A stretch of DNA of 64,000 nucleotides from an uncultured delta proteobacterium (GCA_963843145.1 CAWJJC010000010.1:64001-128000), one strand, 5' to 3'. Numbered from the stretch's first letter, positions 1-10,138 are shown. The notes: generated by a model from the sequence alone, not told the origin. A program made the numbers and translations.

Positions 1-87
1 TTGGTCAGAGGAAAAGACGAAGGGTAGACGGGACAAGGGACTGGAAGCCAAAGGGAACGAATTTTAGAATTATAGAAAGTTGAGCGT

Positions 88-840
88 ATGGCCGAAGAAG
101 TTATCCTCAGAGTGAAGGAATTATTCAAAGCCTTTGGCGGGCTTTTGGCCACCAACAATGTTAATTTTGAGATTAAAGCCGGAGAAATGTCCGCCATTAT
201 CGGCCCGAACGGTGCAGGAAAAAGTACTTTATTTAACCTCTTAACCGGATATCATGCCGTCGACCAGGGGCAGGTGTTCTATAAAGAAAAGAATATTACC
301 AATTGGCCAGCTTATAAGATTGCCCGTCTGGGGATAGCCCGTGCCTTTCAGGTCAGTAATATTTATCCCAAACTGACCACCTATGAGAATGTCCGCCAAG
401 CGATTCTAACTCAGCAAAAAAGAACCCTTAACTTCTTTACCCCCGCCAGGCGGCTGGCCCAAAAGGAGACCCAGGACATCATTCAAATCACCGGGCTAAC
501 CGAAAACACCCAGATGGTCGCCGGCAACCTTTCCCAGGGAGACAAGAAACGACTGGAACTGGCTATTGCCCTGGGGAGTAAGCCTGATCTGCTTTTTCTG
601 GATGAGCCCACCGCCGGCATGTCCGGGGAAGAAACCCACGAAACGATGGAATTGGTGGCTCGGCTCAACCGGGAAATGGGGTTGACCATTCTTTTTACGG
701 AGCATGATATGCCGGTGGTCTTTGGGTATGCCCGCAGACTATCGGTTTTGCATGCGGGGACCATTATTGCTGAAGGGACGCCGGAAGAGATCAGGGCCAA
801 CGAAAATGCGCAAAGGGTCTATCTCGGGGAGGAAACATGA
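88..840 (+). CDS. livG: Branched-chain amino acid-type ABC transporter ATP-binding protein (LivG-like)
   Basis: Walker [19 protein letters not shown] Walker B, C-terminal VYLGE typical of LivG. Confidence 0.9.
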   Translation: MAEEVILRVKELFKAFGGLLATNNVNFEIKAGEMSAIIGPNGAGKSTLFNLLTGYHAVDQGQVFYKEKNITNWPAYKIARLGIARAFQVSNIYPKLTTYENVRQAILTQQKRTLNFFTPARRLAQKETQDIIQITGLTENTQMVAGNLSQGDKKRLELAIALGSKPDLLFLDEPTAGMSGEETHETMELVARLNREMGLTILFTEHDMPVVFGYARRLSVLHAGTIIAEGTPEEIRANENAQRVYLGEET

Positions 841-1545
841 TTCTGGAGGTCAAAGACGTCCAAACCTATTACGGAACCAGCCATATCCTTTTTGGTGTTT
901 CCCTCTCTGTAGATCGGGGTAAAATCGTCTGCCTCCTAGGAAGAAACGGGGCAGGCAAGACCACCACTATGCGGAGCGTATGGGGTCTCACTCCTCCTCA
1001 ATCCGGCAGTATCCAATTTAATGGTGAGGAAATGAGCGGAAAGCCTCCTTATTATATTGCCCGGAAAGGGATGGGCTATGTGCCGGATAACCGGCTGATT
1101 TTCCCTGATCTTACAGTAAGGGAAAATTTGGAGCTGGCCATTGAAGATGCCCAAGGGCTTTAGCGGGTAGCCTTGGACCCGTAGACCGAATTTACGAACT
1201 TTTTCCTCCCCTGATAAAACTGGACAAAAACTTGGGGGGTTATCTGAGTGGTGGTGAGCAACAAATGTTGACGGTCGGCAGAACCCTGATGGGGAATCCC
1301 GGCTGATTCTTCTGGACGAACCGGTAGAAGGGCTGGCCCCCCTGGTGGTGCGGGCCCTGGGAGAACAAATCCTGAAATTGAGGGAGATGGGAGAGACCAT
1401 CTTTTTTTCAGAACAAAATGTCAAATTCGCTACCATGATAGCCGACCGGGCCTTTGTAATTGATAAAGGCAAAATTCGGTACGAAGGCAGCATGGAGGAA
1501 TTGAAAGAGAATGAAGAGATTCGAAAGAAATATCTAATGATCTAA
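837..1545 (+). CDS. livF: LivF-like ABC ATP-binding protein, frameshifted (probable sequencing indels)
   Basis: GRNGAGKTT in 837-1163; LSGGEQQML and LDEP in other frames; C-terminal part in 1345-1545. Confidence 0.8.
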
Positions 1546-1620
1546 TGAAAACCCCTTAGCCTGTTGGGCCGTCTTCCGCACCCTCAATAGTATTAAAAGG
1601 CCTTTTCCAAGGAATTTATT

Positions 1621-3150
1621 ATGAATATCGGCACCCTCTTGCCTCGACATGCCCACTTTCGTCCTGATCATACCGCGGTTATTTTTGGAGAGTACTCGGC
1701 CTGAACTATCGCCAGTTCAATAAGAGCGTCAACCGTCTGGCCAATGCCTTTCTGGATCAAGGGATTACTAAGGGAGATAAGGTTGCCGCCATCCTTCCCA
1801 ACTCGCTGGAGCTACTAGAGGTTTATTGGGCGGTGGCCCAAATCGGGGCCGTGGTGGTCCCCTTAAGCCCCCTGCTTCGGGGAACTGGACTGATAACGCT
1901 ACTGAAGGATTCCGATACGGAGATGGTCATCACCAATGTGGACTTTGTCGAAATTTTGAACCCCATCAAACCGGCACTCTCTGCCATTAAGGCTGATCGC
2001 TACTGGCTGATCGACAGCAGCGCTACTGAAGGCTACCAGAGCTATCAGCTCCTGAAGGCCCGGGCCAACGACCAGGATCCCCAAAGGATCGAATTAGGCG
2101 ATCAGGACCCTTACAACATAATCTACAGCAGCGGCACCACTGGCTTCCCCAAAGGAATCATCCATACCCATTATGTCCGGGCCATGTACTGTACCCTTTT
2201 TGCTGCCGCCTATCGGATTTCCCCGGAAAGTATTGTTCTCCATACCGGTTCCATTGTCTTTAACGGGGCTTTCCTGACCCTCATGCCGACTATGTACCTT
2301 GGGGCTACCTACATCCTTCACCCCCAGTTTGATGCCGAAGCCATGATCAGGACCATCAAAGAAGAAAGAGTCACCCACATTGATGTGGTTCCCGCCCAGG
2401 TAATTGCCCTCTTGAATTCCCCCAATTTCGCCCTAAAGAATTTGGGATCTTTGGAAATGTTTCATTGCTATCGGGGCGCCCCTTCATAAAGAATATAAAG
2501 AAGAATTAAACCGCCGCCTGCCCGGACGCTTCTACGAGCTGTACGGCCTGACCGAGGGCTTCGTGACCATACTCGACAAAACCGATTTCCCCCGCAAACT
2601 TTCTTCGGTGGGTTGCTGCCCGCCCTTTTTTGAAATGAAGATTCTGAACGAGCAGCGGCAGGAAGTGCCGGTGGGCGAAGTGGGCGAGATCGTCGGCCGC
2701 GGGCCGATTCTGATGCCCGGCTACTACAAGCGTCCGGACCTGACCGAAAAAGCGATCATCGACGGCTGGCTCTATTCCGGGGACCTCGGTTTCGTGGACG
2801 AGGAAGGTTATCTGACCCTGGTGGACCGCAAAAAAGATATGATCATCTCCGGCGGCATCAACGTCTATCCCAAGGACATTGAAGAGATCCTGGTCCAGCA
2901 CCCGGCGGTCCGCGAGGCGGCGGTCTTCGGCCTGCCCCATGAGAAATGGGGCGAAACGCCGGTGGCCGCGGTGATCCTCAAGCAGCCCGGGCAAGCCACC
3001 GCCGAGGAACTGAAGACCTGGGCCAACGACCGGGTCGGCGCCAAGTACCAGCGCCTGGACCGGGTGATCCTCATGGAGGAATTTCCCCGCAGCACCGCCG
3101 GCAAGACCTTGAAACGGGTGATGCGGGAGGAACTGCAGAAGGGGATTTGA
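1621..3150 (+). CDS. Acyl-CoA synthetase (AMP-binding), frameshifted near 1695 and 2465
   Basis: [33 protein letters not shown] and GKTLKR motifs across frames; ATG at 1621. Confidence 0.85.
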
Positions 3151-3166
3151 TTCAGAGATTTTTCCC

Positions 3167-3266
3167 GTCATGCCGGACCTGATCCGGTATCCAGGTTACC
3201 CGGGACCTTCCCGACCTTTGGCAATCCGGATCTCGTCACACCTCCGCAGTCCTCATCCGGAATGAC
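3167..3266. repeat. GTCAT...ATGAC palindromic intergenic element (copy A)
   Basis: gtcatgccggacctgatccggtatccag ... ccggaatgac; related to the copy at 46140-46226. Confidence 0.7.
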
Positions 3267-3353
3267 AACTCTTTGCCGGGCTAATCCTTTTCTTCATGCT
3301 TCGCGGGTACTCCCGTCCTTCCCACCTTCTGACCGCCTCACTATCCTTTTCAC

Positions 3354-3382
3354 TTGCGTTGGAGCTAAAATGGTTCTACAAT
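3354..3382 (+). promoter_or_regulatory. Putative sigma70 promoter of first vapBC operon
   Basis: TTGCGT-17 nt-TACAAT upstream of GAGGAG RBS and ATG 3411. Confidence 0.5.
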
Positions 3383-3410
3383 AGATCTAACTTTTTTGAG
3401 GAGAATTGAC

Positions 3411-3656
3411 ATGCCGGTAAATCTATCCATAAAAAATGTGCCGGATGAAGTAGCCGAAGCCCTCCGCCAAAGAGCGGCCGGGCATCATCGCTCGCTTCAG
3501 GGGGAGCTCATGATCATTTTGGAGGAGAGCCTGGGTCAGAAACCTTCCCTGACGCCATTCGAACTTTTATCCAAATTGCGTGAGAATGGACTGAAATCAC
3601 CCGACGAATCTCTGCGCTTTGTACGGGAAGACCGTCGTGGGCATTCTCGTCGTTGA
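3411..3656 (+). CDS. FitA/Arc-like ribbon-helix-helix antitoxin
   Basis: NLSIKNVPDEVAEALRQRAAGHHRSLQGEL; overlaps the downstream PIN gene. Confidence 0.85.
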   Translation: MPVNLSIKNVPDEVAEALRQRAAGHHRSLQGELMIILEESLGQKPSLTPFELLSKLRENGLKSPDESLRFVREDRRGHSRR

Positions 3657-4008
3657 CGCATCTGCTTTAGGTGCCCTGATTTTCGGGGAACCCCAAGCGG
3701 AAGAGATGGCCTCCCGGATGGAGGGGGGAACCCTGGTTGCACCAACTTTGCTTTGGTTTGAGTTGGCCAGCATCTGCCTGAAAAAGATCAAGGCCCATCC
3801 CAGGCAGAAGGAGGAATTGCTCCAGGCTTTGGGTTTTGTCGAACGACTCCCGATTCAGCCGATCGAGGTTGATCAACCGGAGGTGGTCCGGTTGGCTTGG
3901 CAAACGGGACTGACTACGTATGATGCCAGTTATCTGTGGTTGGTCCAGCGATTGCGCGGAGAACTGGTAACCCTGGATGAAGGATTAATGGGGAAGATTA
4001 ATAAATGA
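3637..4008 (+). CDS. vapC: VapC PIN-domain toxin
   Basis: LVVDASAL...TTYDASYL...LVTLD PIN signature. Confidence 0.85.
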   Translation: MGILVVDASALGALIFGEPQAEEMASRMEGGTLVAPTLLWFELASICLKKIKAHPRQKEELLQALGFVERLPIQPIEVDQPEVVRLAWQTGLTTYDASYLWLVQRLRGELVTLDEGLMGKINK

Positions 4009-4012
4009 TGCC

Positions 4013-4040
4013 TCGACATCATTTTATCTGATGTTATAAT
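4013..4040 (+). promoter_or_regulatory. Promoter with overlapping operator for second vapBC
   Basis: TCGACA-16 nt-TATAAT with extended TG; ACATCA-N7-TGATGT inverted repeat at 4016-4034. Confidence 0.6.
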
Positions 4041-4046
4041 GTTTTC

Positions 4047-4292
4047 ATGAGAACCACCCTGATTATTGACGACGACGTATTGGATAGGGCCCGGACCCTG
4101 GCGACCAAGAGCAAAATCCCTTTTCGGACGGTGGTTAACGAGGCCTTGCGCGCCGGGTTGTCCATGGTGGAGGCTCCGGCGAAACAAAAAAAATACCGGA
4201 CCACCCCTCGCCCTTTGGGTCTTCGAGCCGGCAGGAATCTGGACAACGTTCAGGAATTGCTAGCCCAGGTCGAGGGGGAACACCGGCGGTGA
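4047..4292 (+). CDS. vapB: VapB-type antitoxin
   Basis: MRTTLIIDDDVL...VVNEALRAGL; GTGA overlap with PIN gene. Confidence 0.85.
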   Translation: MRTTLIIDDDVLDRARTLATKSKIPFRTVVNEALRAGLSMVEAPAKQKKYRTTPRPLGLRAGRNLDNVQELLAQVEGEHRR

Positions 4293-4741
4293 TCCTGGTC
4301 GATGCCGATATCCTCCTTTACGCCGAAGACAGCCTGAGCCCTCGCCACCGCCATGCCCGAACCTGGTGGGATGAAAAGCTTTCCGGATCCGACCCGGTTT
4401 GCCTCTGCTGGCCGGTCATCGATGCCTTTATCCGTATCGGGACCAATCCACATGTTTTCGAACATCCCCTGCTGATCGGACAAGCCCTGGCCCGGGTGCA
4501 AAGCTGGCTTGACCAGCCCCCTACCCGTTTGATCCACCCTACCCAACGGCACTGGGTTATCTTTCAGGAGATGTTGACCGCGGGACAGACCTCAGCCAAT
4601 CTGGTCCCCAATGCCCACCCGGCCGCCCTGGCCCTGGAACACGGGTGCGAGCTCTACTCCAGCGATTCCGATTTCTCCCGCTTCCCGCGTTTAAAGTGGA
4701 GAAATCCACTGGCCAAAGATTGTTTGACGCCTGTTCATTGA
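4289..4741 (+). CDS. vapC: VapC PIN-domain toxin (mycobacterial-like subfamily)
   Basis: MILVDADILLYA...AALALEHG...SSDSDFSRFPRLKWRNPL. Confidence 0.85.
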   Translation: MILVDADILLYAEDSLSPRHRHARTWWDEKLSGSDPVCLCWPVIDAFIRIGTNPHVFEHPLLIGQALARVQSWLDQPPTRLIHPTQRHWVIFQEMLTAGQTSANLVPNAHPAALALEHGCELYSSDSDFSRFPRLKWRNPLAKDCLTPVH

Positions 4742-4781
4742 GTGCTATAATCCGCTCATCGCAATTTCAACAATGTAAGCA

Positions 4782-5855
4782 TTGTCTTTCGAGATCGATT
4801 ATCGGGAGGACAGGCTGATGAAGCAGAGAAGCAGCAGAAACCGATTTAAACAGGGCGTTTATTATGACGACAACCTTCCCGACCGCGTTCTCAATGTCTT
4901 CAAAAGTGTCAATCTTCTAGGCGGCTGGGATGGCGCGTCGTCTGGAGCGCCATTTCGGAGACCCGACACCTACCAATCCATACTGGATGGAAAAAATCTA
5001 CGACGGGTTGTTTACATTAACGGCCAGGTTACACCGCTGATTGACGGCTTTACCATCAAAAACGGCAACGCCTCGGGCTGGGCCACCAATTGCAGCGGAA
5101 GCAACGCCAATGGTTGCGGGGGAGGAATTTTCGTTTACCAGGCCGACGCTCGAATCATCAACAACAAAATACTCGACAACACCGCCAATAACTTTGCCAA
5201 CCAGTCCGGCTACGGCGGAGGCATCCATCTGGAGGCGACCTCTGGTGCCGTGATACGCGACAACCTCATCCAGGGAAATCGGGCCAATAATCCGGTGGAT
5301 GGAGGGGGCGGGGGAGGAGGATTGTCCATTTACGGAGCCGCTCAGGATTTTCCCCGGGTTAACAACAACCTCTTTATTAATAATTATGGTTTGATGGCGG
5401 GAGGACTCTTATCCGTTCTCCAACCCAACCCGGTCATTTATAATAACACTTTCGACAATAACAGCGCCTCGGGGGCCGCTGCCCTGGGCGTCTTTGGGGA
5501 AGGCACGATCACCAAAAATCGTTTCCAGAATCATCAAGGTACGGAAACGGTTTATCTGGGCACATTTTCGGGAACCTTCGAAGAAAATACCCTGATTGGC
5601 AACAATGCGAGTATAGGGGTACATTTGACTTACGAAAGCCCTCCTTTCCCTCCAGGGATTGAACACCAATTTAGTAAATTCCCTGGTCGGCGATCCGGGT
5701 TTCAAGGACCCCGCGGCCAGGACCTGGTGAGCATCGAGTCCATGAAGATGGAGAGCTTCGTGGCCTCCCCTTGCGACGGAATAGTGGCGGACGTCAAGGT
5801 CCAACCCGGCCAGGCGGTGGAGTCCGGGGATGTCCTAGTAACCTTCCAAACTTAG
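4782..5855 (+). CDS. Chimeric ORF: right-handed beta-helix fragment fused to a C-terminal biotinyl-carrier domain (possibly pseudogene debris)
   Basis: IDGFTIKNG and GGGI/N-rich beta-helix repeats, then IESMKMESFVASPCDGIVADVKVQPGQAVESGDVLV (MKM biotinylation motif). Confidence 0.55.
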   Translation: MSFEIDYREDRLMKQRSSRNRFKQGVYYDDNLPDRVLNVFKSVNLLGGWDGASSGAPFRRPDTYQSILDGKNLRRVVYINGQVTPLIDGFTIKNGNASGWATNCSGSNANGCGGGIFVYQADARIINNKILDNTANNFANQSGYGGGIHLEATSGAVIRDNLIQGNRANNPVDGGGGGGGLSIYGAAQDFPRVNNNLFINNYGLMAGGLLSVLQPNPVIYNNTFDNNSASGAAALGVFGEGTITKNRFQNHQGTETVYLGTFSGTFEENTLIGNNASIGVHLTYESPPFPPGIEHQFSKFPGRRSGFQGPRGQDLVSIESMKMESFVASPCDGIVADVKVQPGQAVESGDVLVTFQT

Positions 5856-5962
5856 CTGCCGGAGTTTCCCGATGAAAAAAGAAACGCTCCTTGCCTAATA
5901 GCTTAGAACTTGATAAAATGTTCTTCAGAAGGGATTTGATAATATTTCTTTAGAAGTCGGCG

Positions 5963-6262
5963 ATGAAGAAAAAACCTAAAAAGGTTGCGTTATTGACGAT
6001 GGTTGTTGCCCTCTCCCTGTTTCTGGGGATTTCAACCTACCTCAATTATTATGGTCTATCGGAAGCCGATATCCTGGCCACCAACCTATCCTTTGAAAAC
6101 CCTGATTTGGAAAATCTGTTCGTCGATCACAAAAATCAACTGAACCTGATCCCGCCTTACGCCTCCGAGAATACCCCGGCAGGAACTTTTTCAGAAAAGT
6201 TTTTTTGCTACTTCTTTCCCAGAACCTCTCACGATAAAAAGAATCCCGTCCTTCGTTGCTGA
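5963..6262 (+). CDS. Small hypothetical protein with N-terminal signal/anchor
   Basis: Basic N-terminus plus hydrophobic stretch; upstream TTGCCT-17-TAAAAT promoter-like site. Confidence 0.55.
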   Translation: MKKKPKKVALLTMVVALSLFLGISTYLNYYGLSEADILATNLSFENPDLENLFVDHKNQLNLIPPYASENTPAGTFSEKFFCYFFPRTSHDKKNPVLRC

Positions 6263-6356
6263 GTCCGGCCCCGGCGTTCATATCCTTTAATGGGGTAGCT
6301 CCCACTTTTCAGGTTTTTTTACTAAAAGCAGAGTAACAGTTTGGGAGGGAGGACTT

Positions 6357-6548
6357 ATGTTAGGCATCAATCAAGACATGCTGGTAATCCTGGTAATTGC
6401 CGCTTTTATTTTTGGGGCTAAGAAATTGCCTGAAATTGGCAAGGGATTAGGTAAGGGGATACAGGAATTTAAGAATGGAATAACCGGCCAGGACGAGGAG
6501 GAGAATCCCGCCAAACCTAAAGCTGTTGAAAAGCAGGAGACCAAGTAA
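6357..6548 (+). CDS. tatA: Twin-arginine translocase TatA/TatE
   Basis: [28 protein letters not shown]. Confidence 0.9.
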   Translation: MLGINQDMLVILVIAAFIFGAKKLPEIGKGLGKGIQEFKNGITGQDEEENPAKPKAVEKQETK

Positions 6549-6585
6549 AATTAGAGCGGGGGGGAGTGCGGTCGTGGTGATCAAA

Positions 6586-7152
6586 TCATTTTCCCCGGAG
6601 GCGGTGGACTGTCCAAAAGATGAAGCCGACCAGGGAAATTCCAATAATGATTTCCAGTTCATAATGCCTGAGGTCAGCCAACAGAATCTGGAGGGCCGCA
6701 CCGAATAGATATCCCCCCAAAGCGATGACCACGGACCAGAGCAGGGCCCCCAGGCTATTTAGAATCAGAAATCGGCCGACCTTGAACTGTTTATCCAACC
6801 CCAGGACAAAGGGGGTGAGGATACGTATGCCGTAAACAAAACGAAAACCCAAGACGATCAGGTTATGATAACGTTCCATGGCTCTATGGACCTTATCCAC
6901 CCGAGTCTGGAGTTTGGGATACCGGCTTAACAACGTAACCCCTTTATAGCGTCCAACGAAAAAGAAGAGCTGGTCCCCGGAAAAGGCGCCTAAAAAGGCA
7001 TAAAACATGACCCAGGGCAGCTTAAGATATCCTAAATGCGCGGTGAGCCCGCCTAAAATCAGGACGGTTTCCCCTTCAAAAAAAGTACCTAAGAAAACAC
7101 CCAGGTACCCATAGGTCCTGAGCAAGTAATCAAAAGTCATGCTTGACACCAC
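6586..7152 (-). CDS. DedA family membrane protein
   Basis: FFEGETVLILGG, GDQLFFFVGR, FRFVYGIR. Confidence 0.9.
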   Translation of the reverse strand: MVSSMTFDYLLRTYGYLGVFLGTFFEGETVLILGGLTAHLGYLKLPWVMFYAFLGAFSGDQLFFFVGRYKGVTLLSRYPKLQTRVDKVHRAMERYHNLIVLGFRFVYGIRILTPFVLGLDKQFKVGRFLILNSLGALLWSVVIALGGYLFGAALQILLADLRHYELEIIIGISLVGFIFWTVHRLRGK

Positions 7153-7448
7153 TCCTTAGGGTGTTTTTCACGCCGGGAGAAGACGACCTTAGCGCGGAAG
7201 ATTCTACCCTTCATTCTTTACTATCGTTTACCGGGGAGGTTTCCAGTTGAGGTGAGTTTTTATGATAGCATAGATCCCACTGGAAGGGAAAAATATTGTA
7301 ATCTGCCCAACTGGCCCGGTTGAACGGTGCCACGGAGGACGAGATCGAAAACGCTTTTCGGGGACCCGAACGGTACCTGGAGGAAAAAAAGCTGCTGTTC
7401 TCGCCGGATTGTTAACGATCTCAAGATAGGAACAAAACATCACCGCGC

Positions 7449-7531
7449 GTCATTCCCATAGCGTTTCTGAGCGGGAATCCAGGCTGTTCCCAGAGAAAAC
7501 TGGATCCCCGATAAAGACATTCGGGGATGAC
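7449..7531. repeat. GTCATTCCC...GGGGATGAC palindromic element (copy B)
   Basis: Closely similar to 60630-60712 (shared ctggatccccgataaagacattcggggatgac). Confidence 0.8.
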
Positions 7532-7583
7532 GAGAAATAGGCTGCAACGACAATAAAGAGACCCTTTATAGGTGCCGAAGGGA

Positions 7584-9068
7584 TTACGGATTCCTCCGGG
7601 GGACTTGCTTAAAATCAATAAACCCCCGATCGACGTCTGTATGGATCAATTCGACGCGAATCCGGTCGCCCACATCAACGCCTTCAAATCCCTGGACCAG
7701 CCTTCCCTCCAAAGGCGGATTAAGGAGACGCGCCCAGGTTCCCTTGGGGGCTGCCCCGGTAACTATAGCCTCAAATCGCTCCCCGATCCTCGCTTCGAGG
7801 AGCAGGGCGGCGGCCGATTTCCCAACTTGACGCTCTACCTTCCGGGCGGCATCTTCCTCCTCAGTGCAGTGCCTGGCCAATTCCTCCAGTTCGCCCCCGC
7901 TATAAGGACAAGGGACCCCCTCCAGGGCCGCCTTAAGCAATCGCTGGGTGATCAAATCGGGATAACGACGGTTAGGGGCGGTGGAATGGGCATAGTCTTT
8001 TACCGCCAGCCCGAAATGGCCCGGAGCGTTCTCACCGGGGAGCTCGGAAACGTATTCCCCGGCCCCCAACAGTTTAATAATGGAAAGCGAGAGGTCGGGG
8101 AAACGAACCGGATCATCGGCTTTGGCCTTCAGCAGAAATCCTTCCAGGGCTTTTGAATCCGGCTCCTCCGGGAGCCTGAATCCCTGCTCCCGGGCAAGGG
8201 AGACAATCCGGTCCCATCGTTTAGGAGTGCGGACCACACGCCGGATGGAAGGGAATTTTTTTTCAAAGAGAAACTTGGCCGACACCCCATTGGCCGCGAT
8301 CATGAAGTCTTCGATGAGGCTCCGGGCGCGGTTCTTTTTTTCCACGGATAATTCGCTGACCCGGTCGCCATCGAATATGGGACGCGCCTCAACGGTCTCG
8401 AAATTCAGGGCCCCGTGTAGATGCCGCAAGCGCTTCAGGCTCTGGGCCACCCGATCCTGGAGGCGGAGGTTTTCATCCAGCCCGCGAACAGCGGCAATCC
8501 CTTCCGGCTGAGGTCCGCTCCCCTCCAGCCAGGCGGCCACACTGTTGTAAGCCAGTTTGGCCTGACTGCGGACTAGTGCCCGGGAGATTCCCCATGCCTG
8601 GAGAGATCCCTCACGGTCGATGACCATTTCGATGACCAGGGCCAAGCGATCTTCCCGGTCATTGAGGGAAGTGAAGTCGGTAGACAGTTTTTCAGGCAGC
8701 ATCGGGAATATCGTCGCGGCCGTGTAGACCGAGGTGGTATTGTGCCCGGCCTGACGGTCCAGGGCCGAACCTTTCAAGACCAAGACATCCACGTCGGCTA
8801 CCGCTACCAGTAGTTTGCATTCGCCATTAGGCCGGGCCTCGGCCACCGACAATTGATCCAGATCCCGGGAATCATCATTGTCTATGGAAGCCCAAAGGAG
8901 GGCCCGCAGGTCGCGGATCTGGCCCGAGCTGGCCGTGGCGGGGGAATGAATTCGCTCCAGTTCCGCCAGTGATTCGGCGGAAAAATCCGGCAAAAGTCCT
9001 CTTTCAAGCATCGCCCGCCGGGCAATCTGCTCCAGAATTGCGCGATGGTGTTTACCCCTGGTCATCAT
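7584..9068 (-). CDS. RNB-domain exoribonuclease (RNase II/R family)
   Basis: SIDNDDSRDLDQ catalytic motif; YAHSTAPNRRYPDL; C-terminal S1-like region. Confidence 0.9.
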   Translation of the reverse strand: MMTRGKHHRAILEQIARRAMLERGLLPDFSAESLAELERIHSPATASSGQIRDLRALLWASIDNDDSRDLDQLSVAEARPNGECKLLVAVADVDVLVLKGSALDRQAGHNTTSVYTAATIFPMLPEKLSTDFTSLNDREDRLALVIEMVIDREGSLQAWGISRALVRSQAKLAYNSVAAWLEGSGPQPEGIAAVRGLDENLRLQDRVAQSLKRLRHLHGALNFETVEARPIFDGDRVSELSVEKKNRARSLIEDFMIAANGVSAKFLFEKKFPSIRRVVRTPKRWDRIVSLAREQGFRLPEEPDSKALEGFLLKAKADDPVRFPDLSLSIIKLLGAGEYVSELPGENAPGHFGLAVKDYAHSTAPNRRYPDLITQRLLKAALEGVPCPYSGGELEELARHCTEEEDAARKVERQVGKSAAALLLEARIGERFEAIVTGAAPKGTWARLLNPPLEGRLVQGFEGVDVGDRIRVELIHTDVDRGFIDFKQVPRRNP

Positions 9069-9260
9069 CCGGCCCCCTTTAGCTAGTTCAATCAAAAATC
9101 ACTGTGGAAAAAAAACCTGTTTCCTGAACCCTGGTACTTTCAATATTTCTAATCCATTGCTTAATCATAACCATGTTACATATTAATTTTATTATCAAAA
9201 ATGTCACGTATCTCATGCATGAAAACAGGGGCTATTTATTGCCAATCCTCCTTCGGATGA

Positions 9261-9371
9261 GGTTAGCCGCATAAGAGCTACTTTTTACCCTTCCGGGTGG
9301 GCGCCCACCCCAATCTGGTGTGATTGTTGGGACCAGGCGGCCAAGGAGCCTGAACTCAGCCCAGGCTAACC
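9261..9371. ncRNA. Candidate structured non-coding element of unknown class
   Basis: Closing stem GGTTAGCC/GGCTAACC, internal 16-bp palindrome GGGTGGGCGCCCACCC, CTGGT/ACCAG stem; a GC island in an AT-rich spacer. Confidence 0.35.
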
Positions 9372-9684
9372 CCTGTGCCAGTAAGAAACAAAAAATAAAT
9401 AAAAACAAATAAGTTATAATGCAATAATTCGAAATTGTATAATGTATTTTGCCGATATAAAGTTGGGCCCGATCTTCTGGGAGCGCTTCTTTTGATCGGA
9501 CCAAAACCAACCGGAAAGTCCTTCAGCTTTCCCAAGTCGAGGGGGATCAATTCGAGCATAAAACCGGCGCCCGGCGTCCCCTATCCATTTTAGGATCATA
9601 CTTTTTTTGCTTTGCTGGTTTTAATATAGCGTCGATTAGTCTTGAGCTTTATAATGGATTAAACCCTAATCGAAGGAACACGGT

Positions 9685-10134
9685 TTGTTGTCTTCAAAAT
9701 TGAAACCTGCGGTTTCCAAATATTGGCTGGCCACGGCAGCGGGCTTGATGTGGACCGCCGTAGGTCTTATGCTCTGCGGGCTGGCCTATGAATGGCTCGC
9801 CGTCCTCCCTTTACGCGGGGCCGCCCCTTTAGGAGCGGTGGGTATCCTTTTGTCCCTGGCGGTTTATCGCTTTGGTTTTTCGAAAATCGCCCTGAAAAAC
9901 ATCGATCGGCTTCGCCAATTTCCGGATAGAGTCTGTTTTTTTGCCTTCCAGGCCTGGAAAAGCTACCTGCTCATCGCCCTGATGGTTATGCTCGGTTTTA
10001 TTCTTCGGCGCTCCACCATTCCCAAATACTACCTTTCCGTTCCTTATGCCGCCATCGGCGGGGCCTTGCTTTTGTCCAGCTTTCATTACTATGCCCATCT
10101 TTGGCGCCCGGCTAAAGAGCAGGAAACGAAGTAA
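9685..10134 (+). CDS. Hypothetical membrane protein (about 4 TM segments)
   Basis: Hydrophobic segments, AAGGA RBS. Confidence 0.7.
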   Translation: MLSSKLKPAVSKYWLATAAGLMWTAVGLMLCGLAYEWLAVLPLRGAAPLGAVGILLSLAVYRFGFSKIALKNIDRLRQFPDRVCFFAFQAWKSYLLIALMVMLGFILRRSTIPKYYLSVPYAAIGGALLLSSFHYYAHLWRPAKEQETK

Positions 10135-10138
10135 TGGG

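Noticed and set aside
1161-1345. Programmed frameshifting or stop-codon recoding (Sec/Pyl) in split genes
   Set aside because: Breaks are frame changes at varied sites in ordinary genes, without consistent slippery or SECIS-like signals; sequencing error is more parsimonious
9261-9371. SRP RNA, tRNA-Sec, 6S RNA or a known riboswitch
   Set aside because: Lacks the SRP CAGG/AGCAG internal loop, a tRNA T-loop and recognisable aptamer consensus; kept only as an unknown structured element
9365-9381. Sigma-54 promoter (TGGCAC...TTAGC, minus strand)
   Set aside because: GG-to-GC spacing is 11 nt rather than the required 10
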